Assembly: GCA_013265495.1 (NCBI GenBank) | Contig: MU058844.1 | Coordinates: 8,801,490-8,865,489, forward strand | Direction of reading: 5' to 3' | Length of the DNA stretch: 64,000 bases | Origin: Vicugna vicugna | Taxonomy: Eukaryota | In this document: piece by piece, positions 28,650 through 42,950 of the stretch | Numbering within the stretch: the stretch's first letter is position 1 | Layout of the letters: every line of letters starts with the position of its first letter | Notes under the pieces: model-generated | Seen by the model: the letters and a program-made list of their open reading frames with translations, nothing else | The model's database searches: none | What the model was told of the DNA's origin: nothing | Position numbers and translations under genes: made by a program

Positions 28650-29620
28650 TTTTAAAACCAAACCATTCTGTACATACATAAAAGTGAACAAGTCATAATT
28701 GTATTGCTTGATTAACTACTAAAATAAACACAGCTGTGGAATCGTACCTATTTCCACATATAATAGAGACCCTGCACTTTGAGAAGCCACCCTCCCGTGT
28801 CCCTCCAGGGTTGGTTTTACAGATAACTGCTCTTCTGACTTGCATCATCACAAACTAGTTTTGTTGCCTTTTTGCATTTTACAGGAGTGTAATCACATAG
28901 TACATGTTCCTTTTGGCCTAGATTTTTTTGTCCAACATAATACATCTGAGATTTACCCATGTTGTTCTATGTAGCAGTGATTTTTTTCATTGCTGTACAA
29001 GATTCCATTTTAAGAATGCAACACTATTTACCTACTCTACTTCTTATGGTTATTTGGGTTGTTTCTAGTGTTATGATGATGAATGCTGCTATGAATATGT
29101 AGCATTTTGTCCATATTACAAATTTCTGTACACATTTCTACTGTATATTGTATACAGTATGTACCTGAAGAGATGATTATAGTCTGCTTTGTTGGAAACT
29201 GCAAAACAGTTGGAGATTGTACCAATTTATCCCCCAGCAGAAGAACATGAGAGTTCAAATTGTTCCTCATCCTCATCAGCACTTGGTATTGCCAGCTATT
29301 TTTTAAGGCATTCTTCTGGGTATAGAGTGGTACCTCATTGCTAGTTTTCATTTTACTTTTCCCTGAAAATGAAGGATGTGCAACACCTCTTCATATACCT
29401 AAAGGCCATTTGAATTTCCTCTTTTGTGAAGAGCTTGGTCAAGTCATTTTCTTATCTTTTTCTTTTTTCTTTTTTTGAAAGGATCATCTATCTTTTTCCT
29501 GTTTTATTTTTTTGATTTTGAAATGTTCTGAGTGAATGTTCTCTTTAGATATCAGTATTACAAATATCATCTCTCGGAAGCTGGATATACAGTGTCTTTT
29601 GATAAGTAAGTTTTAATAAA
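28650..29620 (-). mobile_element. Old LINE-1 3' fragment (L1ME-like)
   Basis: TTTGGGTTGTTTCTAG, GAATGCTGCTATGAA, GTGGTACCTCATTG; minus ORF 29037-29351 resembles decayed ORF2. Confidence 0.8.
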
Positions 29621-32064
29621 AATGTATTACAACTAGAGACATTGCTACCATGCAGCAGAACATAATAAAAATTTCTATAAGACTTTTTCTGTCTCATTCA
29701 TCAGCATTTCCCTTTTTTTTTGATGGCCTATTTCACCAATTTGTGCCCATAAGTTCCTGTAAATCTGTGCTGCAAATTCCTTTTACCCTCCTGTTCTGAT
29801 CCTTAAATATCTTTTATTCTCAGATACCTATTGCACTTGTTAATAAAACTACATTTGTGACAGGAAAATATTAAAGTCCCCAAAGCTTTCTAAGGAACAT
29901 GTGTTGAGTTGGATGATAAGAATGAGGAAATTTTCAAGACTAAGGGATAACTGAATTCTGCTGAAGAAGAATTATGAAATAAAGAGAACCTGAGAGCAGA
30001 TTCCAGAGGCTGAAAAGCTGTAGCCCTAAGAGGCCTGTGTGGAAAAAGAGCCCTAGAGGAGGAGGATGGAATAGAAGGTGCTTAGAAAGATGTTTCTGAA
30101 GTTCTGCAACATGGTCACCATTAAGTCACCATTTCCAGTAAAATCTACATTGCAAATTGTTGCTTTCCAGAATTTTATCTACTTTGAGGGGGGGGGCTGC
30201 AAAAAGCTCATACCCTCCCATGTACTCAATGAGGGTACAAATAAATGAGATGCTGGTCATGGGATAGAACCCCATCACACTTAGGTTACCCCCAGTTCTA
30301 AATATCTCCACAGTGTAAATATGCTATTTTTCTGTTGCATTTTCAGTTAACAATAGAAAAATGATTTATAGCCCTACAACAATGCATTTATGGCAATAAA
30401 TAAAATTATATTGTATTTCCAATCCACTATAGTCCTCTAAATTATGGACATGTGAAAATTAAACCAGACTATATTTGACTTGGGCTTATCTATGAAAATT
30501 AATCTTTTGTGTTTTGCTACATCATATTCCTATTGTTAATTAAATTTATATTGGTAAGATAAATGGTCACTTGCCAGTTTGTATTTACAAAGTAGGTTCT
30601 GTCTTATTTGACATATTTTGGCCATGTCCTTGTTTTTACCATCCAATTACATAATTTAAGAGGAAGTATGGTTTTATTGTGCCCAGTAAAAAGAAAACTG
30701 ATAGAAATAATAGTAATAGTAATAATTGCCTATCTTTTATTTTGACATTTCATTTTGGGGAAGAAAACCGAGTGCTGCACCCTTGGAGGGGACTGTTAGT
30801 ACTATTGTGTTTAAAAACCGTAATTTATTATGGTGTACTACTTTCCTTTTCTACCTGATTCTCTAATGTTTTCTCTCCCATAGTATTAGAAGTTGATAAA
30901 ATTCCCTTAACTACCATCCCTGACAGATAACTCCTGCCCTCCTTTCCACAAAAGAAAACCTTTCACTTGAAATTACTATCAAAAGAATTTCGAGATGTCT
31001 ACAATTTTGTACACATGTACAATTCTTTACCATGTACATTCACAAGAATCCTCTGTACTGCTAAAGTTATTGTTGGTGAGAACTGATCTAATGGGGAGGG
31101 ATGCCAACGTCTGGCAGGTCAAAAAAGAAGATGATTTCTACAGAGAACCTGAGTGTCAAAACTGGAGTCTTGATGGAATGCTTTGTTTAGACTTCAACAA
31201 AGATTGTCAAAGTCGTAAACTTTAAATGTTGTTAATTTCAACATTTTATAAAATGACAGATAACTCATTTTGTGTGGTATCTTCTACCAAGAAAAATAAT
31301 TAATTTTTGTCTTTGGCCATCAAGGGCTGATGAGGTAGCACAGAAACTGAGTGTGAGAAGATTCCTTTTTTAAATTAAGGAATTCATATCTATAACCTTC
31401 CAGAATGAAAACAATTTTTACTCTGTTGCCAGTGGGATGAGGGGATTTTTGTTTTAACAGATTGCACGTGAAGTCAGGCAAAACATTCAACAGACACAAA
31501 TGAAATATTTGTTGAAGTGCCTCCTTTGAAGAGTATGACCTAGGACTTAGGAAAGTCCTGTTTCTGTATACACTGCTTTCTATATGCACATAAACAACAA
31601 CTTTCAAAAATTCCCAGCAGCCTGTGGCACCTCTTGCTGGAAAAGTTAAACTGTATAAGTTTCAACACTCAAAGAAGGTCGCCTGGAAATTCTTTCACTC
31701 TTCATTAGTCTGGAGAGAATGTTAACACTCAATGCCAATTCTTTGTGTTTTTTCCTCCTTAATTACCTAACAAACTAGCATCTAAATAAGGCAGGCATAT
31801 TACTATTTCTGTATATTTTACTGAATCAGAGAAAATGTGTCATACAAGAGCAATGTGCAGTGTCTCCAGTCCTGCTGAATGTTTTCCCTGCCATCTGTTT
31901 CAAGATTTTTCACTTTTCTTCTTCTACTTTGCTCTAATAGTCAAGCAAACAGTGAAGGCTGCAGCAATCTCAGTAGCTTTTCTTTCATCCAGCTTGTATC
32001 ATTGTGTTGATAATTTTGTTTTCTTGAGTTCACATATCATCAAAAATAAACACAGATTACTAGG

Positions 32065-32280
32065 AGGCAGTATATTATGGTATGAAGAGAGAGGGCTTTG
32101 GAGCCAAGGGTCTTCAGTTTGAATGTGGCTTTGCCGCTTACTTAGTCAAGTCACACATCTTCCGTGACTTGGTTTCCCTAATATAAGATGGTGATAACGA
32201 TACCTAGCAGGAGGTGCTATGTAATTACAGATATGAGATATACAATGTTCTTAGAACACAGCAGGTATGATTTAAATGAT
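32065..32280 (+). mobile_element. MIR SINE
   Basis: AGGGCTTTGGAGCCA...TTTGAAT...GGTTTCCC...ATAAGATGG. Confidence 0.65.
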
Positions 32281-34231
32281 AGAAGTCAAAAGTAAAATTC
32301 AGGGTCTCTATCCTTAAGCACCTTGGAATATAATTCGAGATACACACACACAAACACACACAATTAGTATTACAATACAGTACATAATTTTGCCAAATGA
32401 TTGGTTGGGATGATCATTACTAGGGAATTTAAAAAGCCAAAGCGAAAGATTCTGTGACATTCATAAGCTAGTGACCTTTTCTGAGTCAAAAGCACCACAG
32501 TGAAATTATTGTCTTAGGCAGGTTCTCTTGACAGCAGTTGCCCCAAGACACCAGAAGTGGCTGTGGAAAGTTAGAAAGCTATTGCAAAAATTTAACAAAG
32601 TATTAAAGGCCAGAATTATATAGACAGATAATTCTATTTACATTAGAATTAAAAACATTTGAGTACTGAGGGGAGCGAGCAGGACAAGTAGGTAATTCGC
32701 TCACCAAATGTTGAACAGAGATAAGCATAATTTTCTTCCACAGATAGATTGGTAGCATCATTGACTTGAAATGAATTAAATTGCATTGAGCTACTCATTA
32801 ATCCGGAGAAAACCAATTGGGGATATGAATAAGTATCTTTCCAAATTTTTTCCCTAGCAAATTCACACCCTGGTGCTAGTGTTGAATTTAATAAAGCAGG
32901 GCCAAAGAAGCTATGGCAATTGAAGCATGAAGCTTAGCTGCAGAGCTGAGGGAAGCCACATAGGGCTTTATCCAGACCTCTTCACAAGGATATGTAATAT
33001 CTACAGAATGCTCCTCAGGATTTGCTCCCCTCCTAATTCTTAGTTCCCCCTTCACTCTTGGCCTCCTACATATAGATGTAGAAAAGATATGAATTCTAGT
33101 GCCCAACAGAGTGATAATAACTGTATTATTCTCCATTTGCTTAGTACTTCACAGTTGTCAAAGTACAATCATACATATTTTCAGTAGTTTTTATTAGCAG
33201 TCTTTCCTAAATTTGTAAAGATATTTTTAAATTTTTTTTGTAAACTTGTACAATGTTCACGTATTATTGGAGGACTTCCTGTGAGTCAGATAAAAAAATC
33301 TTTAAATGTCTCTATTTTCAAATCATTTTAGAGATATTAGATGAATGGAAATACAAGAAGTTTAGTCAGAGTAATTATGTCTCTTGGTAGGAAAGGAAAT
33401 GGAAGTGTGAAGAATCTGGACTTTGTTTAAAAAACCAAACTGAAGTGTTCGTAATAGGGCCTTGAAGATTCTGGGCAATAGAGAAAACAGTAACATTTTC
33501 CCCTATATCTCAATCCAACTTCTTGAGTGCATCAGTGTAGCATTAATGTGGTTTTATAAATCTTTATAGAGAAAAAGATTGGAGTTTCCAGGACTCTAAG
33601 CTCAGACGCTGAGAATAACAAGTATTCTCTGAGTATTAAAAGTGACTCAAACACAGTGTGCTCAAGGACAAATACCCAAGATGACAAATATGTCTCGCTC
33701 ATCATCAACTCTAATAAAGATGAGCCGTGCATGTCCCAATGTATCTACCAGTGTTCTTGACAAGGAAATGAATATTTTCAAGAAGTATTACCCTGAGTGG
33801 ATGATTCAGCTCTTCAACTATAGGAAATCAGCGATAAAGCATAATAAACCAAAAACAAGTCAAATAGAGAGCATTTTACTCTCTCTGTGTGTAAGGGAAA
33901 GAAAAGCATCTAGTCCAGATTAAAAGTTAAGGTAAAAATAACATGGAAATGATATTTTTTAACTACTGTAAAACACTGTGGATTTCAAAGCAATGATTCT
34001 GAGGTTTCAGTTAATACTACATTTTTTAAGAGTTTAAACATCTTATTTGGGGAGGGTGCAGAAATGATTAGAGACTAACCATGCTATCTCTATCTTATGG
34101 TCTGTTCAAATATGTTGTGAATATAAATTTAATCTATAGACTATATGAGACCATGCCCAAGGATATTTTAATATGAAATATAATAAAATGTTTAAAATAT
34201 TAAAATGAGAGATCTGTGTATTGCCCATGGT

Positions 34232-34271
34232 ATTTTTTTGTTGTTTTTTTGTTTGTTTGTTTGTTTGTTTT
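34232..34271. repeat. (GTTT)n microsatellite
   Basis: GTTTGTTTGTTTGTTTGTTT. Confidence 0.9.
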
Positions 34272-36065
34272 AATATGCTAGGCATGGTTACAGCAGAAGC
34301 TGGACATTTTATAGTAGTGGTTTATCAAACACATCTTGCCATACTTAATGCAAGAGTTAATATTTAGATTTCATTTCAAAATGAAAAATCTTGGGCAAAT
34401 ATAAAACTGGATATGACACCATAATAGCAAGCATGATTCCAGTCTCTCCTGAGCAAACCAAGAAATACCATCATTTTGGTTAGATAAAGCCTGTCAAGTG
34501 CCCATTTGGTTTAGCAACCTGAGGCCCAGAGTTGACCTTACTTAGAGAGTATTGTGGTAGGTTGTGGAATGAGTGGAAGCTAATTAAAAGGAGAGATCAT
34601 GGATGAGTACATCCAAGGAGATTGGTTGTAAATGGGAAGAAACAGAGAATAGTGATTGGTAGAGCAGGTGGGTCCTAGGGGGGATTTAAAGGATGGTTGA
34701 GACTGGAGTAGGCTTATATATTTGTACTAATATGGAGTCAAAAGAAAGCAAGATGTTGACAACAAAAAGAGAGTGAGAGAAAATCAATAGAACAAAACGT
34801 GGAGAGAGCTCCAGAGCACAGGCATATATTTGAAACTAATTTAAATGAATTTTGAACAGTCTATAAAAAGTTCATTTGTACTTGTGTGAAACAAACCTAA
34901 AGTGAATTAGAACCAACAGAAATAACAGAAAAATTACTCTTATTAAGAAGGGGTAAAATAGTAAGTTATGAAGATAAACCTTCAGTAGTTTGAAATGAAT
35001 TTCCTTATAAAATACATTAAATAAATGAAAAAATATTAAGGAAGTTGATCATGGCAGTAATGGATTTTAAGTTTTATGAAATGCTGTGATAATTAGGTCA
35101 GAATTTTCAAGTGGAAATTGAGTAATCATCCTTAGAGATTCAAAATATTCCTGGAATTTATAACAAGGATGTTATTAAAGTACTCAGATAAATATAATTC
35201 TGGCTCAAAATAATAAGCTTTCATTTATCATCCTGAATCTCCATAAAATTTGACTCTAAATGTTTTTATGGAAACTAAAGTTCTATGTAATAGTTTTTAC
35301 AGTTTCTAGATAAGAACTTTTGAAACTCTGTTTTTATAAACAGTTGAAAACCAATGAAACTGCTGCTGTGTCCATATGATTAAAGAATCCATTTGTTTAA
35401 AAACTTTGGTTCTCATGTAATAATATAACTTGATAAAGGTTCAGTTTATTGCCTACATTTGGCTGTGTCATTCCATCCTTTCATTATTTATGCCAAAATG
35501 GAAAGAAATCAATACCTGTTTATATGGCATAGCTGATAAAGTTTTTTTGTTGTTGTTGTTAATTATTAAGGTACGTGATATAGTGATTCTAGTAAAAACT
35601 TAAAAATGAGAAATCCTATGTTATATTATAAGAAGTGACTTTCTCACTGGGTAACAATACAAACATAAGCCTATCTTTTTAAATATTTCACTGTTGCAAG
35701 CAAAACTGAATGAGATAACAATTTTCTGCAAAAAACATAGCCATCCAATCATCTACAGCATTTTAACAATACTATGATTATCAATGATATATTCTATTAT
35801 TGTTACAATTTTATCCGAAGTTATCAAATATTTTTAACGAAACAATTTTCACTTGCCATCAGAATGACTCAACATAACTTTTTAAAAGCTAGAAATACCA
35901 CTTGTAAAAATTTATCATACCTCTGTAAGTTTGAAACAATATATGTATAAAGGTAGTCATTGTTTATAATAATGATCACTTATAAGGGACTGCATAAAAA
36001 AGTTAAGGTTTTAAAATACAAGTAATATTCTGTGAGGTTTTTAAAGAATGTGGTTACAAAGAGAA

Positions 36066-36502
36066 TTTCTGGACAATGTCAGTTTGCTCTCCCAGAGCTA
36101 ATCTCCACCTGTCTCCACTAAGTTTGTGCTACCTAGACTTGTAGAAGTGCTACCAATAGACTACCTTGACCTCTGGTTTCCAGTTAGGGTGGGAGAAGAA
36201 GGAGAGTAAGGGTTCTTCACCATCCTACCCCGACTTGGTCATTAAGGTTAGAGTGGACTTGGGGTTTCCTATGATGCAACCCAATTCTGTCCATTCTATC
36301 TCTGCCTGTGTTTCGGTAACATTTCAGGTCAGGGGGATGAGAAGGTGCCGTCTCATTCCTTACTAGTCCTTGCAATTGCTGGCTTGAAGATACAGCACTA
36401 TTTTTGTGGTTTTCCTTCACCTTAACCATAACTTTTTGGAGTCCCTTTATTAATCCCTCCTAGAATTATTCTAGGTAGCCAGCTAGAACCCTAGAAAATA
36501 CA
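36066..36502 (+). mobile_element. ERVL solo LTR, LTR33-like
   Basis: TTTGCTCTCCCAGA...CTCCACC, CCTTGACCTCTGGTTTCCAGTT, GTCCCTTTATTAA, ends AATACA. Confidence 0.65.
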
Positions 36503-36544
36503 TATTGTTTGGTATAACTAAAACAAGCTGCATGTGGGAAATCA

Positions 36545-37070
36545 TAGCACTTGAACTTACAGATTCTGAGTCTGGGCTTGAGTCTCAGCTGTACCATCGA
36601 CAAGAGTGGCTATGAGAAAATTGCTTAACTTCTTTAAGTCTTAACTGCCTCATCTCTAAATAAAGGAGAAATTGTCTGATCCATTGGGCTATCATGAGGA
36701 TTAAATAAGAAGATGAATGTAATGTACCAACCAAAAGGACTTGCTTAGGTCATTAGTAATGAAAGGTAATATGTAGACTTCGCACCATGTGTCACATATT
36801 CTAGGAACTCTGTGTGAACTATTTTAGTCTTTGCAATAGCTCTGTGAATGGGGACAACTTCATAAGCTGGTATGTATATATGTATATCTTATATAGTGCC
36901 CAGAACATAGAAAATATTATATGGATGTTTGTATTATTGTCATTGTTATCCTAATCCCCTAAATTCAAAGATGAAGGAGCTAAGACTTTAAATGTTGAAG
37001 GTTAATTTATCTAACAAGGAATTTACCTTGGATTTGAATTTAGAAAGTGCGGCTTTAGAACACAATCTTT
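36545..37070. mobile_element. Cluster of MIR fragments in both orientations
   Basis: CTGGGCTTGAGTCTCAGCT...CCTCATCTCTAAA (+) and AAGATGAAGGAGCTAAG...GGATTTGAA (-). Confidence 0.6.
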
Positions 37071-39511
37071 ATTTTAAGTGCACATATTAAGTAAATAATA
37101 CCTATGATTGTTATTGTTTAAATTATCCTGTTTGTGTAAATATGAGTATTTGTATGTTCACAATGTCATGAAGACTATGCATCAAGTTGTTATTTTTAAA
37201 ATTACAGATGTATGAATTCAAAATAAATTATGTAATTATATCTATATCTAACTATATATCTATACAGTCTACCTCTACACATATGAATGTTAAGTATCTA
37301 TCTATAAATGTGTATATATATCCCATTAAAATGTAACAACTTTTTAATTTTTATATATACAACAAAAATGAGCACATGCATTTGATTATTTTTGCTTGTA
37401 TTTCCTAAAGTAAAGAATATAATATACTAAATATATGTTGTGTGTTTAAAATGTATAGTTATAATATTTTAAGAAAATAGTATGTTTGCTATGGATATGA
37501 AGAAGAATATCTCTAGCTATGTGAGTATTTTTGCTTTTGTGCTATTACCAAACTTACATGATGATTATTTTTATCTGCTGGATGCAATTTCACATGTTAA
37601 ATGAGAGTATACTTCGTTTATTTCTGTTTTATTTAGAAGCCTATAATATTGTTTAATATAAGTAGTTGGTCTTTTAAAATCCCTCTCATATTATATCTCT
37701 CTCATGAATAAAGGCTTCTAGAAAATACTGAAGTATGCGTCAAATGATGGACATACACAAATTAATAGAACCTCTGACTAATGCAGAACTTCTTCTAATG
37801 TAACCATGGTTTCATCATTGAACATTTCTATTGTTAGTTCCCTATTCTAGTGGAGAAAGGCAAAACAGAAGGACTTTTTGATATCAGGATAATCTGAATG
37901 TAAAATGACAGAATATAATACAAAAGGAAGACAGCTAAGCTTTATGTGAGTATGGATTTAAATATATATCTTAATTTTCAAAAGGTAATATGGACTTCTG
38001 TGCCCAAGTAATGCCTCTAATTTAAACTATAATGTATTGTGAAGAGTGTAATGCATGATGAAACATTAAAGCCAACTATCAGTACCGATGCTTAAATGTT
38101 GTGATTATAGTTGCTATTTGAGGGCAGAGATCATTTTGCTTGAATTGCTTGCTGGTAAATTTATTGTTCAAATAATACAGGCCCTAAAATGTGGTAGAAA
38201 CTAGATCACTATAATCAATAGACTTCTGATTTATGTATCTGTTGTAGATATTTTCATTGTTAGATTGCTGTGTATAAAAAAAATAAGGTGTGCAAACCAG
38301 TGGCGAAAATGTTGGAGATGCAAATTATAGATTATGTTTTTAATTCATGCAGTGGCAGGGAAATTTCAAGCATACAATACACCAGCTTCACATGTTAATT
38401 GGAAGAGAGTAAAATGTTCTAAAAAATGTGTAAAATAAGAAACGTTAGCTCCTTTGGTAAATAATACGAAACAAAACTATGTGATGGTGAAGTTAAATTA
38501 TAAATCATTTATATTGATGAACCAGATCTGTGACATAATTGATTAAATTAATGGTTGTAATGTGAAGTTTAAATTTAAAAACTCCCAGAACAAAACCTTC
38601 AAAGATAATAAAATAACTTTCCTTTGACTTGTAAGCCAAACAATGATGGACACACAGAAGATACTCCTTTTTTGATAATTCTGCCCTTACCCTCATCAAA
38701 TTATGTTCAAATAAACAAAACTCTCCTATCATATCCTTTAGCACTCTGATATAGTTCCTAGTTAGGTTTTGGCAGATATTTAAAAACATGTATACATTCT
38801 TTAAACTGAGATTTAATAATGATGATCTAATGATAGACTAGTTAAATCACTTCAAAAAGATCTCAGTGTGGCATTTTTAAATTTCCATGACTTACTTTGA
38901 GCTATTAAGACTTCCCATATCCATTAAAAAAAATTTTTTTTTGTAGTATTGGAAAACATTTACCAACTAATCAAAGATGCAGATATAGGAATAAATATTT
39001 TATTTTACAGCTAGCTTTGATTCTAAAGCACTGTATAAAATGAAAAAGTAATTTAATACTTATGGTCTGATTACCTTCTAGGAAAGGTTTTATTATTTTT
39101 ATTAGTATTACTATCAAAGATTGGGTTTTCTTAGTCCACAATGGGATCACAGAATGGTGTAATATGTTGTGGTAGGCAAGAAGCAGTCTTACCATGGAAA
39201 TCATATATTATTCTGAAGTTCCTTACATGTAAATAAGTTATTTGCACATGAAGGAGTTAGAAATTTACAAATGTATTTCAAGCCCCAAGCACTATACTTA
39301 TTACTTACCATTTTACCTGATCATACTTGAAATTTTTGGAAGAAGTGCTGTATAGTTTTACTGTCTTCCACAAATATATGTGTGTATAAGTATACACATA
39401 TAAATTTTAAATAAAATTTTCAATCTATGGTACAATGATAAGTAAGTGATATGTTTTATTCTGTGTGTTTTGTGAATTTTTAAGTTACAATTTTTTAAAG
39501 TGACTTAACTC

Positions 39512-39640
39512 TTTTTTTTTTTTTTTGGTGGGGGGAGGTAATTATTCATTTATTTATTCTTGGAGGAAGTACTGGGGATTGAACCCAGGACCTCATGCAT
39601 GCTAAGTATGTGCTCTACCACTTGAGCTATAACCCTCCCC
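39512..39640 (-). mobile_element. tRNA-Ala-derived SINE, Vic-1-like (camelid)
   Basis: Minus strand reads GGGGAGGGTTATAGCTCAAGTGGTAGAGC...GGTTCAATCCCCAGTAC...AATAAATAAA...poly(A): A box, B box, TTAGCAT anticodon loop; imperfect TSD TTTAAA(G/A)TGACT at 39494-39505 and 39641-39652. Confidence 0.88.
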
Positions 39641-41829
39641 TTTAAAATGACTCTTGACTTCAAAGATCTAAATTAAAGTATAGTGGTAGGGCTCTGTTTA
39701 AAGGTGTCATATAAAATACTACATTTTAATGCATTTTCCTTTTACAGTAATTAAATTGTGAAGTGCATGGTCAGAACAGCTCCTGATGTGAAAAATTTGC
39801 ACTACATTGATATCATTTAGGAATTGATTTATCTTAGAAAACTGACAGTATAATGGATAGCATGTCATTAACCTTGAAACCAAGACCTATAATTAGCCAA
39901 AGTTGAAAGGAACAAAGGTCACTATCTGAAGGTTATCCTCAATATCTTGATCTAATTTCTAAAGGAAAAACTACTTGATCTAACACTCACTGTCTAAGTG
40001 ATCACAAAATAATCATTGTAAATTAGTCTAAACTAAAGCACCCTGTCCATCTGCAGAGTTCCTTTGTCCTGTGATAGGTAAGCGACAAAGGACGAGAATA
40101 CTAGATTACTCTTGTTTATGTCCACGTGGTGCTGCCCCAGGAACACATGCAGCCTATTATGCTATGGTGTTTTATTAATCTTAGCCAAATTGGCCAGTGT
40201 GGTTAGTCTTTTCTAAAATGTAGTCTTCCTTCATTAAGTATAGGCTTTTCTAAAGCTTTTCAAGAAGGTGACATCATTGCAACCCTGGAGCCTTGATATT
40301 TTTCCCACTTGAGTAAGTGAAGATAAAGAAAAGCAATTAATCCAATCATTTGAAGGAATTTTAGACAGAAAAGCAGGCTTCAATTTTGATAAATGCATTA
40401 TTCTTCTTATTATAACAATTTGCCTTATTATTCAAAAGATAAGAAAATAAATAAGTACAAATATTATTTGGGAAATTTCTCAAGTAATATAATGCGAGTT
40501 TGCATAACATAAAGCAAAATTTAAATTTAAATACCTAATATAAGTGTGCATGTAGGAAATAACATCTCATTAAGGTAATATAACTAATAGAGCTATAGAT
40601 AGACAGGTAGTAGAAAGATATTGTGTTAAAACAGCAATTGCTTAAATATGAAGAGACTAGGTATGAAGCGTTCCATGGAGATAGTAATTGCTAAATGAAA
40701 GATATCATCCTCTAGCTGTAGGCTCATTTTAAAATGTTATGACAGCACCTATATTATTAGTCATTATCTTCAATTATTTAGCCAATTTTCAGAGTGCAAA
40801 ATGCCTTACGTACAGTTTGAATTTACATTTAGAGTACATTCATATAGCATATTATAATTTATTCATTAAAATTGGAGCTTTTGATATAAGTATAATGTAA
40901 TACCTTTCCTAAAATGAACCAAAACATTAGTTACACATTTAAATTCTTAAAATGTAGTGTTTACGGCAATAAACGTAACAGGATATAATGATATTCTTAA
41001 CCACTAACTGACAGGAATATTGAGTTTATTCTTGCAGTAAAATGAAGAAATTAAACTAAATTATATTTTCCTGTATTAGAAAAACAAACTGCTAGTTTTA
41101 ATCTCAATATAATATTAAGTTTTTGATAATATTAACCTAAATACTCAAAATTATCTTAGAGTACTTAAGAGATTTTCCTAAAATATGCCTTCTGTTTGGA
41201 TTTTGTCACATTTACCATAAAAATAGTATCTGTGAGGTAATTATTTTTAGTAGCCCACATTTCAAGATTTTGAAAATGGTTTCTTCTAAAGAAATACAAA
41301 ATCTCAACACTTGGAGATGAAAATATTTTCTCATAACTGCTATCCTTAATGATACCAGAAATTAGCCAGAGACTACTGAATAAAAGATATCGTGGTGAAG
41401 TAGGAGGAATAAACAAATAAAACTGAGTTTGGCCTAGAGTAAAGCAGTTACAAAAAGTTACTCAAATGAACAATCTATCTTTGAATATTTCAGTTTAAAA
41501 TCTAAAAATGTCATTTCTCTTCCTTCCTTGAGTAAGTTCAGTTTGTCAGCCACTTTACGCATTATTAGATTTCTACTTAAGCACATACAGTTTTTTACCT
41601 TTTTAAAGTAAAAATACCTCAGAATAGTTTCAGTAGTTATTGCTTGCTTTTGATAAGTTGCTTATCTGAATTTAACAATTAGTACAGTAATTGCCCAAAA
41701 AGAGTATGTCACACTTGTTATTGGATCTACTGTGTCAGGCATAATAAATATTTATTGGATTATTTAATAATTCATTGTTTTAAACATGGGGATATTTTAC
41801 ATAGATGTAAAACATATACAATCCTAAAA

Positions 41830-42250
41830 TAATAATATTGATACTATTTTACCATGTGTTTTATTTATTTTACTCACCAGCAAATGTTTAGTTTCCATCT
41901 GTTACCATACAGTTGACCCCCTGTATTCCTTTCACCCTAACCTCTTCTCCAACCCACTTCCCCTCTGGTGGCCACTAATGTGTTCTCTGAAGCTATGTGT
42001 TTGCTTTTGTTTTGTTTTGTTTATTTTATGTTTTATAGTCCATATATGAGTGAAATCATATTGTTTTCTCTTTTTCCGTTGGACTTATTTCATTTAGCAT
42101 AATATGTTCAAGCTCCAATAATGTTGTCACAAGACTGCATTCTTTTTTATGGCTGAGGAGTTTTCCATTGTGTATATATTTACAACACATCATCTTTATG
42201 CAATCATCCATTTGTGGACACTTAAGTTTATTTCCATATCTTGGCTATTG
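41830..42250 (-). mobile_element. LINE-1 3' fragment (L1MA-like)
   Basis: CATATATGAGTGAAATCATA, GACTTATTTCATTTAGCATAAT, TTTTTTATGGCTGAG, TTCCATATCTTGGCTATTG. Confidence 0.8.
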
Positions 42251-42744
42251 GCTATCATACAGCCTTATAAGAGAATCAGTATTATCTGAGGAAATTATTT
42301 TTAGTGCTGCCTTATAGGTTGTCTTAGCTTCATACCATGTGATTTAGGAACAACTTGAAACCCCCCAAAGGGTAATTCTAGTGCATTTACCCCCAAAATG
42401 AACATATAAAGGATTTTTATATTTACCTTAAAAATCTAACCTAACCAAATGCTCTGATAAAAAGGCAATGATAACAATATTTGAAAGCACTTTTTAAATT
42501 CACTAATAAACTAAATGGAATGTTGGTGATTTTATATAGAATTTAACTAAATTCTATATAATTTAGCTATGTATTTTCGAGATGAAACCTCAGGATTGAG
42601 AGAGTAGAGCAAGGTATGTTTATCTATCAAGACCATCCCTGACTTTTATCTGCTTATACAAATATGTTCTACAGTGTGTGACCTCTAATTTTTATCTCAG
42701 CTGCAAATACTAGGTTTTGCCTGATTTCTCAGGTCTGGAATTAC

Positions 42745-42950
42745 TAATGCTAATAATAGCTGGAATTTATTTAGCTCTGTATATAAATGATCTCCTTTAG
42801 CCTACAATGTAGATACTATTTTATCCCAATTTTATACATAATGAAATGGGAAATATAGAGTTTCAATAATTTGCCTAAGGTCACCTAGCATATGATAAGA
42901 TTTGAAACCTGACAGTCTACTTAGATGATGCTTTTAGTACTGTATCTCCT
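42745..42950 (-). mobile_element. MIR SINE
   Basis: ATCCCAATTTTATACATAATGAAA...TTGCCTAAGGTCAC...GATTTGAAACC. Confidence 0.7.

Noticed and set aside
31624..31643. CTCF-like motif
   Set aside because: Three mismatches at core positions.
39565..39640. tRNA-Ala gene
   Set aside because: Has a SINE tail, poly(A), TSD and stem mismatches; it is a SINE.
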